Of a DNA stretch of 64,000 nucleotides, positions 14,413 to 25,122 are shown in pieces (position 1 is the stretch's first letter; each line of letters starts with the position of its first letter). Under the pieces are notes generated by a model, which saw only the letters and a program-made list of their open reading frames with translations, was not told where the DNA came from and searched no databases. Where the stretch lies: contig JAQFVV010000003.1 in assembly GCA_028023455.1 (NCBI GenBank), forward strand, positions 7,006,001 through 7,070,000, given 5' to 3'. The position numbers were made by a program, and so were the translations under genes. This DNA is from Epiperipatus broadwayi. Its lineage: Eukaryota > Animalia > Onychophora.

Positions 14413-14631
14413 TGGCTATGTTTTTGTGGAAAGGCATATATTGGGGAATCTCGATGTACATTGGAGAAAAGATCAAGGGAGCATTTGGCTATGTTTTTGT
14501 GGAAAGGCATATATTGGGGAATCTCGATGTACATTGGAGAAAAGATCAAGGGAGCATTTGGCTATGTTTTTGTGGAAAGGCATATATTGGGGAATCTCGA
14601 TGTACATTGGAGAAAAGATCAAGGGAGCATT
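14413..14631 (+). repeat. 73 bp x3 tandem repeat inside the PLE
   Basis: Units start at 14413, 14486 and 14559. Identical by eye, no spacers. Confidence 0.95.
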
Positions 14632-14940
14632 TGTTATTATATAAACGAGTGCAAAAATCAAGACAAGAGAATGTTAGAAATGATGATGTATCACCATCAG
14701 TATTTTTTGATCATAATGTAACATGTAATTATGGTTTTGATTTTGATTTTAATAAAGTTAAAATTCTGTGTATTGAAAGAAATAATAATAAACGCAAAAT
14801 TAAAGAAGCTATGTTAATAAAAAGTGAAAAGCAACAGTTGATAAATAGACAGACAGCCAATATAAAAATTAATGAATTGTGGGAAAATTGATGTATGACG
14901 TATTGCTTTTGTTTACATTTGTAACGGTTTTTTCTAATAC

Positions 14941-14997
14941 AATTTGAGTCTAGTTGACAACGACTACATAGATAGTTGAAAGTACTTCTATTAAATT
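14941..14997 (+). ncRNA. Minimal type I hammerhead ribozyme, U3-A8 core variant (family A)
   Basis: AATTT-GAGTC-TAG TTGACAA C GACTA-CATAGA-TAGTT GAAA GTAC TT / CTA-TT-AAATT. Helices I and II pair; helix III region is the palindrome AAGTACTT. Confidence 0.7.
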
Positions 14998-15430
14998 GGT
15001 ATATATTTGTTTAAAATATTGTTACTGTATTAATTATTGTATTGTTTTGAATAATTATATATATATATATATATATAGGTGTAAAATGTTAATGAGTGCA
15101 TTTGCATAATTACAATAAAATTAGATTATATAAGAAGCAGCAACACAAAGAAATAAAAAGGCTATGTTTATGGTGCACAGCACCAAAAATGCACTCACCC
15201 AGACAATAAGACATTAACAGAAAAAAATAACTCAATTTATCTAACATATACATATATGTATGTAAATGTATTACATATATATTAATTAATTTAACAACTT
15301 CAGTAATTAATATTTGTAAATTCCAATAATAAATAAAAAAATTGTACAAAATAATCCCATACCTTTCCAAAAATGTTTTAGTGATTTTATCATAAATAAA
15401 TTCCTTTTAATTTTTTAGAAGTTTGTGGTT

Positions 15431-15611
15431 TTAAACCACTAAACATCACATGATCACCATTTCTTATGCTTGCTTATAACTGTTATTAAAGCAGGCAAAA
15501 CTCTCCATACAGTAGTGCCACTCAGTGCAAGTCAGAGTAACCCTCTGGAATTCATTGATTACTCTGGCTTGCACTGAATGGCACTACTGTATAGAGAGTT
15601 TTGCCTGTATT
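15431..15611 (-). mobile_element. Family C short element (HHR deleted), asymmetric hairpin with 12 bp TSD
   Basis: TSD AAGTTTGTGGTT at 15419-15430 and 15612-15623. Inverted arms ~15495-15537 and ~15556-15607. Sequence shared with 57169-57535. Confidence 0.8.
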
Positions 15612-18395
15612 AAGTTTGTGGTTCTATGTAGAAATCTATAAAAATTGTTTATGGTCAAAAAAATAGTCAATTGAAGTTTATTTCAAATCAAAACAAAAAC
15701 TGTTTCAACCACAACTATTTTTCTTTATATTTTTTTCAGGGAATGTTTTGTCTTAAATTAAAATATAGTAGTTTCTTTCAATTGAATCAGTCTTATATTT
15801 TTTATTTAAATTAATAGAGGGTGATAAAAAAAATTCTCAATATTTTCAAGTTTTGGACTGGTCCAAGTACACTGAACACAATATTTTAAATTGAATCAAA
15901 TGTTGATAAAATATTTTAAATAAAATAAATCAAGTTTGTTAGAAAATGGTTGTACCTGTATCTAATCACTATAATGATTTTTTTGTAAATAGTAAGTTTG
16001 AAAGGTTTTGAAAAATATAATCCGAATTGCAATTTGCAAGTATTTTAAATGAATAATCATTAAATTGGTTTTAGTTATAATTCTTATTACTTTTCATATC
16101 TAACCCTTGAAAAATGAATTGAGAGTTCACTCTTATAAAATTTCTGAATGAATATCATCTTAATTCCAATTTGTTATACTCTTATTAAGTTGTTCATTTG
16201 ATTTTATGCGTACTATTATTTTTTATTGATATAACCCATATATATATATTCATTAAAATATGTTTTTATAATGACTGGTTTCTATTTAGATTATGATTTT
16301 TATCATTGATAATTTGTTTTTTTAATTACCTATCAATTTATTTCAAAGATAACTTGCTGCTATTCTTGAATATTTATTATTTTTAAAAAAATTATATAAA
16401 GCTGTCAAATAGCAAGTATTGGTCTCAAATTGTGTTATCTCATTCAATATTTATTTAAATGGTGAAAAACAATATATTTAGGTCATAAATCTTTTAAAAA
16501 TGATTTTCTTACTTAATTTTACAGAAGGAATCATTTAAGACATTGACAAGTGATGAAGTCACAATGTTAAATAATCAACACTAAGGAAACATTACCTATC
16601 ATCATATTTGTATCAACAGAATAAAAATATATTAAATCATTTTTCAAATATGTTGTATCAAATTCATTTTGGTGTAAACACTGTATAAATATGAATATTG
16701 TTTCTACAATTGATATTTAAGAAAGATAAATAAACAATTCAGCAAACTTGAAAATTTTATTAAACCAATTTACACAAACTGGTATGATTCAGCTAAAATC
16801 CACCAACAATAACAATGATCAGATGATTAGTTTCTTGGGGGGATTTGTGACATTTGAGCACTCAAGCAGCAGATTCAGCACTTTTTTATTCACCTGAGCA
16901 AATTGAGATACCAATTACAACACTGACTAAATTAAACTGCACAAAAAACTGCTATTGTAATCACAGTCTAAATATAAACTAGATAAGTCATACTAAACTT
17001 AGTTTTGGATTATTATTCTATGAAAAATTATTTTTATCAATTTCAAACATTTTCTTTTAAAATAATGCAAATTAAAATCAGAAACTTAGTTGGAGCTTTG
17101 AGATCAAATGATATAGTTCATTGTAATATAACATTATATCATATAAAACATAGAATGACTTTTTTTAACTCAAATATAATTTTCATTTATTAGTAAAAAT
17201 GTACTTATTTTTTCTCCTCAATAATCTCTGTAATAATCATCCACTGATCATACATAATGAATGCAAATAGGGCAGGGATTAAATGAAATAAGTAACTTCA
17301 AGACAAATGCAAATATATGTTAGAAGAATCATCTAATTTTTTTTTTATACTATATATCATATTTTCCTCATCAGTACTTATAATCAGTTTATAACTAAAG
17401 TTATTATAACATAGTTGCTGATTTAAAATCAAATCTATATACTTCCATAAGCAAGTTCATTTAAGTTCAAAATGTTAGGATTCTGAGAAAATTTAAATCC
17501 TTTAATATGAATAGTCTAATTAGCACAAGTGATTGGTGAATGAAGATAATGCAAAAATTTCTATTGGAGAAATATCCATAACACTAGAAACTGTCCTAGT
17601 TATATATTTATGCTGCCATTGATTACTCACCATGCTTAAGAAAATTTTCTAGAATAAATGAAAGACTTTATACCTATCAAAAATTATTAAGTATACAAAG
17701 TTGCACTGAAATGACTTCTTTAGATTTTTCAAGTAGCGGTGTATTCTTAACTGAAAAAGGATAGTCAAACATTATATGATTGATTTTAGAATAAAAAATT
17801 GACAAGTATATTTCACTTAAATCAATCTGACATATTCCAAAAATTTACAGAAATCATCTTGAGCATATAAATGTTACTAATATGTTTTTTTTTAATCCAG
17901 AAACTATAGTCTGAGTATAAAAAATGAAATCAATAATGATATAGTAGCTGACCCAAAAGCTAAAGTTCCTGGAGCCAACTCTGAACTAAAAAAAAATAAA
18001 GACCAAATTGGTTGATCATCTGAAAAAAACTATTGTTCTACCAGATGATGCCAGAATGCTCAAATACCAGACTATCCAAGCAAATAACCAATACAAATAT
18101 TTATGATATTGAAACTCTACAAATATTTTCTGACTTTTTGACTTTCTTTTAATAGAGACTACCATTTCCTTTTATTATTTCATTCAAGTTAATAGCATAA
18201 AATTTGCAAACTTAAACTTTTGAATTCAATCAAACTGTAAGTATATTATTTTATATCAAATTACAAAATTTATTTCATATTTTATGAGCTCCTTAAGAAT
18301 TTGTAAAAAGTAAATTTACTAATAGATATAATAAACACCTCCATACTTCCCCATTCTTTTTAAATTCATATAAATAAAGATATAATAAAAGACAA

Positions 18396-18452
18396 ATGCC
18401 CCCCAAGATGCATTTTGTGCTGAACCAGCACTCATCAGTTAGCCCAGGTCAT
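18396..18452 (-). ncRNA. Type I hammerhead (family E), G12 to A
   Basis: ...GCTAA CTGATGA GTGCTG-GTT-CAGCAC AAAA TGCA TC / TTGG. Perfect 6 bp helix II; GAAA lost by an apparent CpG transition. Confidence 0.75.
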
Positions 18453-18803
18453 TATCTCTCATATATATCTTTATTATATGCAAAGTATTTATCTAGAGTA
18501 AATTGTTACATTTTCATTTACCATTATCAAACTTCCTCCACTCACAACTTTGACGCCATTCATTTCAGATAAATACACTAATGATTATTACTAATCATTT
18601 TCGAAACTACAGATTATCTCTAGCACAGATATAAACTTTAAACCTCAGTTAAAGATTAATATATCTGATTTTTTAAATTTACACACGGTGGAGTTATTCA
18701 CCTTTCTCTGTCCTGCATGTAATATCTTTATAGATATAATAAACACCTCCATACTTCCCCATTCTTTTTAAATTCATATAAATAAAGATATAATAAAAGA
18801 CAA

Positions 18804-18857
18804 ATGACCCCCAAGATGCATTTCATGCAACCAGCACTCATCAGTTGGCCAAGTCAC
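18804..18857 (-). ncRNA. Type I hammerhead ribozyme with intact core (family E)
   Basis: GTGAC-TTGG-CCAA CTGATGA GTGC-TGGTT-GCAT GAAA TGCA TC / TTGG-GG-GTCAT. All core residues present; palindromic ATGCAT helix III. Confidence 0.85.
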
Positions 18858-21829
18858 TATCTCTCATATATATCTTTATTATATGCAAAGTATTTATCTA
18901 GAGTAAATTGTTACATTTTGCCATACATAAATTTACTAAATGTAAAGAGTCTTTTTATAATAATCTCGGTGTAAAATTTTAAAAAAATTCTATTACTGCC
19001 AATGGTAGCTTGTTATTTCTGTCTTAATTATACAGTATTAGTGATTATTAAAATACATTATAAAAACAATGCTTTCATTGTTCTGATATATTCATATTTT
19101 ATCATCTAAATAACAAATATCAATTGTATCTTGCATTTAAATATATTATTTTAATAATTTAAAAGTCTTTCATTATTAAATGACTGTATGATTTAATTCA
19201 GTGGAGTTAGTACACTCAAAAGCTAAAAAGTTCTGAAATAATTCTCAATTAAATTTTAAAAGAATTCACAAATTGAACTATAACACTCAACCTATTATCA
19301 TTTGGATACTCAACCATCACATAATTTTCTAAGAAACTAAACATGATTATTAAAAAATAATGTAGCATTATACATCAGAGTTAATTAGAATATCATGTGA
19401 AACCAAAAGCATTTTAAGACAATTGAAACCATAAGGCAGTCAGCTTTTGCATTCCTTTAAATTTACTTACGCAAAGTATCTAATATATCTAGGTGTTTTT
19501 TTTAAGGTTTCAAATTTTTGGAACAAAATTACATTTGACTAAACATTACACAATTATTTAATTCATTATAATACAGTGGTGTTAGAAGTAATCATAAGCT
19601 AAGCATTGGAAGATAAATACCTCCTTTTCCTCCTCTTCTCAGAAGGGAAGGCTATTTTGTATTACAATCATATTTTGTTCATTTTTATGGGAATCATATT
19701 GACAGCCATCTGGCAGAGCAGTTAATCTGCATTTAGCTAAGAATACTAGATACCTATTTACTGAATACTACTTTATTGATATGTAGATTGTCCATGACCT
19801 ATTCATCTGAAAAAAAAGATTCAAAGTTAACGTAAATCATACCTAAATCACAGATTGGGGGCACAAGAAGTGGTTGTACCAATCACTGCACTATAAGATT
19901 TTCCATGATAGACTGCTAAACTTAAGAACTAAAGATTTTTGAAATGATTCTCAACTATGTAAAATAAAATAAAAAGTTCTGTTTATCAATTGCATGGCAC
20001 TAAAGAGCTCTATTTGCCACTTTGGTGCTTGAGCACCAATAAACTCCAGAGCAAGTAACCATTTTATTATATAAGCAATAATTAAAACAGTAATATGAAC
20101 TAGACAATTAATTTAATTTATTGCTCAAAAATAGATACATTTGTAGATTTTAATCTTTTTGTTGCTTCAATGTATGATATTGAGAGTATAGTCAATTTTC
20201 TGTTGTATCTGTAGACTGTTCATTAATCAATAATCATTATATGATGTAAAAACTACTTTTTGATATTCTCAGTCCTCTCGGTCTATTTTCTAGTGATCCA
20301 TTTTAATAAAAAACTATAATAACTCCATCACAGAAATATAATAAATTTAAGATAATACTAATATTGCTTCATGCACAGAAGAAATATTGAAAACATCAAA
20401 TATAATTTTATCATTCAAATATAATTTTATCAAATGCAACCATTATATTCAAAATAGAAATATAAAATTAAACATTTAAATATGCATATTACAAAATGCA
20501 CTCAACTAAAACTCCATCAGATTTTCTGTTCATTACTGAGTCCATTTTATTAGTGAACTACACCTTCTTATTTTTACATTTATTCTCTTTGTGTTCAGTG
20601 CAAATGATCTGTACTTTCTTTATATTTAAAAACATGATGAAATATCTTTTTATAGAATATGTACAATTAAATATATAATTTTGTATTTATGTTTTTACTC
20701 AGCACCAAAAATGCATTAAGATTATATTTAATGTTTTTGATATTTTCTCTATACATGAAATAATATTATTTAATAATTTATTTTATATATTAATAAAACA
20801 ATATATGACTATATGTACTTACATACAATATGTGCTTTCAGGAATAGTAATTTGCTCTCTTTGCTTTACTCGAAAACTACTTGATCAATGATAGTTGTAA
20901 TAAAATCCACACTCAACAGGCTTCTTTTTAGATAATAATACATACATAAAACAGTCATCTTTAAATCTTCTCTACTATCAACTTACTAGCTTAAAATTTA
21001 GAAACATCCTAGGGCATTGAACCCAAACTAACATTCTTGTATAGTTATGTGGGCTTAACATTATGCCAGTATCATTATATATTTAAGTAAGCCTAGTTAT
21101 ATACTAACTATACCTTTTACCTTTTTGGTGATTATTCCAGACCTAGTTATTGCAATCTTAAGTAATCAATAGATACTAGATTGAAGTTCTATATTCATAA
21201 CTTCAACCATATTTTAGTTAAAAATAGGATATCCAAAAATCACATGAAATCAAAACATTTAATTGTAAAATAAACTTATGAAAATAGAAAGCATATTTTT
21301 TATATATCAACATTAATGTGAAAATATCACCATTAATAGATACATTATACTTGTTAGAAAACAAATCTGTCCCACTGAATAAAGTGCTATTGGAAACACA
21401 TTTAGATATAAAAAACATTGTTAATTGTTGCAATTACTTAAGCATTGTGCCTTTAATATCGCACTTTATAGTTCTAGTGCTAACATATATTTTTTGAAAA
21501 AATTCATAAGTGGTCACTTTTCACTGCTTGCACTATCTAACTATAAGATAATGAATAAATTATTAATCTTTGGGTTGTTTTTTTCAGAAACTTTAGAGTT
21601 TACTTAATCTTTCTATAGTTTGTATAGCATTATGTCTATTGATTAGACAACTCAAAAGTTAATTTCTATTTTTTTTTCTTTTGTTATATGATTTCTATTA
21701 CTTAAAATAATACAGGAACCCAATTTTCATATTTCTTTCATGGTTAAATCATTCTTCTGCATTAACGGTCGCAATGGGATTGTGTGTTTGCACACCAGTT
21801 TCTATTTTTTTAATTAAATGCTCAGCAAT

Positions 21830-21898
21830 TGTCTCTCTCTCTCCCTCTTTCTCTCCCTCTCTCTCTCTCTCCCTCTCTCCCTCCCTCCCGCTCTCTCT

Positions 21899-21981
<83 letters not shown>
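21830..21981. repeat. (CT)n/(CCT)-rich microsatellite
   Basis: Directly visible; explains the SLSLSL/RERERE ORFs. Confidence 0.95.
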
Positions 21982-21985
<4 letters not shown>

Positions 21986-22406
21986 GAATGCAAAAGTTAT
22001 GATTTTGCATGAAGCAATTACTACTTATTCGTGTTTTTCTTTCTTCCTTTTTATTCCTTCTAGAGTCTTAAAGATCATATTGTTTATGACTGGCTGCTAA
22101 ATATTATTTTTGTGTATAAATAATAAAGATCTTAAATATTATAAAAGAAATGCTAAAATAAATGGATGGTAAGAAATGGCAAAATTTCAATAATGATGCA
22201 TCAAGGGTTATCTCTTGGGGATAGTATTCTATTAGTCTGACAAATCAATCTACTTCTAGGCAGAAATTTTAAAATATATAAAAATGCTAAAATAATTTTA
22301 ATATTAATTTCTATTTAACGGTGTATCGTAACCTCATCCTCCCCCCCCCATTCCAAACAGAATATATCATATATGAGATGTCAGAAGATTATCAGTGACT
22401 CTATAG

Positions 22407-22584
22407 CAGCGGTTCTCAACCTGTGGATCGTGACCCCTTTGAAGGTCAAACAACCCTTTCACAGGGGTCGCCTAATCATTGGAAAACACATATTTTCGAT
22501 TCATAACAGCAGCAAAATTACAGATCACCACAACATAAGGAACTGTATTAAAGAGTCACGGCATTAGGAAGATTGAGAGCCACT
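22407..22584. mobile_element. SPIN/URR1-like hAT MITE
   Basis: Starts CAGCGGTTCTCAACCTGTGG...GACCCCTTT...CCCTTTCACAGGGGTCGCCTAA and ends ...GGAACTGTATTAAAG...GCATTAGGAAGATTGAGAGCCAC, matching SPIN/URR1 termini as I recall them. 8 bp TSD CTCTATAG / CTCAATAG. Confidence 0.8.
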
Positions 22585-22737
22585 CAATAGCATTCTAGTA
22601 GCTTATTGTTGTGACGGTTCAACATACTTTTGAGGAAAGAATATTAAGACAAAAAAAAATTATAAGTGTTTAAGATAATTAACTTTCTATTAATTTCTAA
22701 GTATGCTTATTAATTATACAAAAAGTTCATTACAGTT

Positions 22738-22841
22738 TTTTTTTTTAAGTGTCATAGCATCGGCCGGGACGCGAACCCGCAACCCGGGCAACTGCCTGCA
22801 AGTGCAAGGCAGTCGGCTGACCTCTCGACCACCAATGCAAA
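22738..22841 (-). mobile_element. Short tRNA-Gly-derived SINE with poly(A) and 20 bp TSD
   Basis: Minus 22838-22757 resembles tRNA-Gly(GCC) (GCATTGG...CCGATGC acceptor, GTCG/CGAC D-stem, GGTTCGCGTCC B-box-like). Followed by TATGACACTT and an A-run. TSD ACAAAAAG(T/C)TCATTACAGTT at 22718-22737 and 22842-22861. Confidence 0.85.
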
Positions 22842-24649
22842 ACAAAAAGCTCATTACAGTTAATGGCGCAATTCCTATATTGAGATGCTAAAATAAATTA
22901 TGCTAAGCAATTGCGATCACCTGCCTATTAATTATAGCATCGATCTGCTCAGACCTCCACTTGCTTTCAGTTAAACATCTTAACAATCATATATACAGTA
23001 ATTTCTAAGTTACTTTCATATTCACACGGAAACAAGCTTTACGCAAACTTTTAACAATAAAAATTAAAAAAAATTAACTGAAAAAGTAGAAGTTTACTAA
23101 ACTTAATTAAAATTAATTTTAAAAAGTATTATATAAATAAATATTTCTAATTATTCAAATATATGCTTTAATTATAAATTTACTCTTCGCTTTTTAAAAC
23201 AATTAAGTGTCCTTATTAATATACAACAAATGAACTTTATTAAAGGTGGAAAGAGAAAAATCTCGGTCTGAAGATAAATAAAACATAAGTCAAAGTTAAA
23301 CTTAAATAAAATCTGTATCATTACTTTTTTTTAAAAAAATCTCTATACCAAATACCTACCTAATATTATCTTGAATTATTTATTCTTCAATCTTCTCCAA
23401 TATCCATTCAAAAAACAATTCGCATTCACAAGTACAAATACTGTACCTAGAACTAATGGAATTCTGGGAAATTTTGTTTTCTTCTTTCCTATAGAATTAG
23501 CTTTTTTAAAATCATATTAGTAGCGAGAATTTTAATAAATAAATCAACTTTCATTACAAATGACTTTTAATCTTGATGGGATGTCAATCGATACGGATGG
23601 CCAATCTAAAACAACTTATAAATGGAGATATATATAAAGTGGTACTTGGAAAAAAAAAATCAATATTTATGGAGAAAAAAATATATGATACTTTTATAAG
23701 ATAATTTTCATAACAGTGACACAACGGAAAAATTAACATAAATTAAACTTAATTCTCTGGAGAACAATTTAAATACATTAATTAACCTCTAATAAAATTA
23801 AAAATAATGTTCTATAAAACAGAATTAAAACTGAAAAAAAAAAAAAGAATAAATACAAAAGAACGAAATGCTAATATAAAAGCACATTTCATTTTTTACT
23901 TAAAAGAATATATCGTTTAATATTTCATTTACTTACAAAGCAAGTTATAAAATATATTACATATTCTTAAAAAAGAAAATTGGTTTGTTAAACCCTTACG
24001 CCAAGTTTTCCGGGGGGGGGGGACTTTTATATAATCCACTTCGTTAAAAATAAGGCAATTTTTATCAAAATTGTTAATTGTCAATTGGTAAGTTTTTTTA
24101 TGGTTTACTTTCTTTATCCTGTAAATAAAAATAGCTTATATATATATATAAGTGCTAATAATTAACTGGATTATTATATGCAAATTACATTAACATATCC
24201 CTCTTGCTTAAACAAAACAACAGAAAATCAGGCCTAAAGTCGAGCCAAGTAAAACTAGACAGCTTGGGATTTTTTTCTCAGATAATTGTCTATAGAAAAT
24301 CTAGATACTCATCCATTTATTGGTCGATGTCTTGTACAATTAAACACAGTGACAGAGCGATAGGCTCAAGAGTTTGCAGTTTCTGAATCAAAACTCAATT
24401 TACCACTTTCTGGTGCTCAAACATTGCATACAAATTTGGTTATTTATTGTACTGTTTGGTAAAATGGGTGTTTATTTATTCTTAGATAAAGAATACCAGG
24501 AAGATAAACTGCCTAAATCTTCATTACTTGGTAATCTACAAGCCTAGCAATCATTTCTTCTTTACTTACATATAACCAGTTAGTTTATACAGAAGTTTCC
24601 AAAAATAAGTGGTATGCAATAGCACTATCAATTTCCAAATGCCCTAAAT

Positions 24650-25122
24650 CAGAGGTGGGCAATTTTTTTGGCTTGGGGGCTGCGGAGATTGGTGGAGGGC
24701 CACATCAGGGGCCACTTTGTGGAAGTGAAGGTTAGCGGAGGGCTGCACCTTTTTTTCATGACACAATAAACACACTGCTTTATTCCCTGTATTACCAAAG
24801 AAATATTTGTTTGTCCATTCTTCATTAAACACATGACATTCATCACCAATTTTACATTTTTTCAGAGGGTTCATGGTTTTACTAAAGTTGGAAATGTATA
24901 TATTTGCTAATGGAAAGACAAAATTGAAATTAACCAGATCAACTGGCAAAGCACTGCACATCGTATCTACACTGTGCATGTGTATTGATGTGGCCATCCT
25001 AGCGAAAAATATCAGATGAATATTCAGTTGTGCATGGGAAGGAAATCTCAGTTCAAGGCAGATTTTTCTGATTGTCTTGGCAGGCCACATGTGGCCGTCA
25101 GGACACTATTTTCCCACCCCTG
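24650..25122 (-). mobile_element. Internally deleted hAT (Charlie/GTF2IRD2-type) element
   Basis: TIRs CAGAGGTGGGCAA / TTTCCCACCCCTG. 8 bp TSD CCCTAAAT / TCCTAAAT. Minus-strand N-terminal transposase remnant KCKIGDECHVFNEEWTNKYFF...KAVCLLCHE. Confidence 0.85.

Larger units (their letters stand above)
13853..15056. mobile_element. Penelope-like insertion forming a ~500 bp-arm palindrome, within (TA)n
   Basis: 13891-14398 is the reverse complement of ~14557-15062, with no mismatch seen by eye. Both arms encode the GIY-YIG C-half (CFCGKAYIGESRCTLEKRSREH...KRKIKEAMLI). (TA)n on both flanks. Confidence 0.9.
18323..18927 (-). mobile_element. Retrozyme-like element: two ~190 bp direct repeats, each with a hammerhead, 12 bp TSD
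   Basis: Direct repeats 18323-18514 and 18731-18919 (408 bp offset). TSD TAAATTTACTAA at 18311-18322 and 18928-18939. No ORF. Confidence 0.8.

Noticed and set aside
14413-14631. CRISPR-like appearance of the 73 bp (and the 43 bp and 119 bp) repeats
   Set aside because: Head-to-tail identical units with no unique spacers, no cas genes, and a eukaryotic context.
17368-17374. CTGATGA on the minus strand
   Set aside because: No helix II or GAAA/helix III follows.
21774-22100. SL/RE-repeat ORFs
   Set aside because: Translations of a (CT)n microsatellite.
22757-22838. Functional tRNA gene
   Set aside because: Non-canonical anticodon and T arms, no T-run terminator, and poly(A) plus TSD indicate retroposition.
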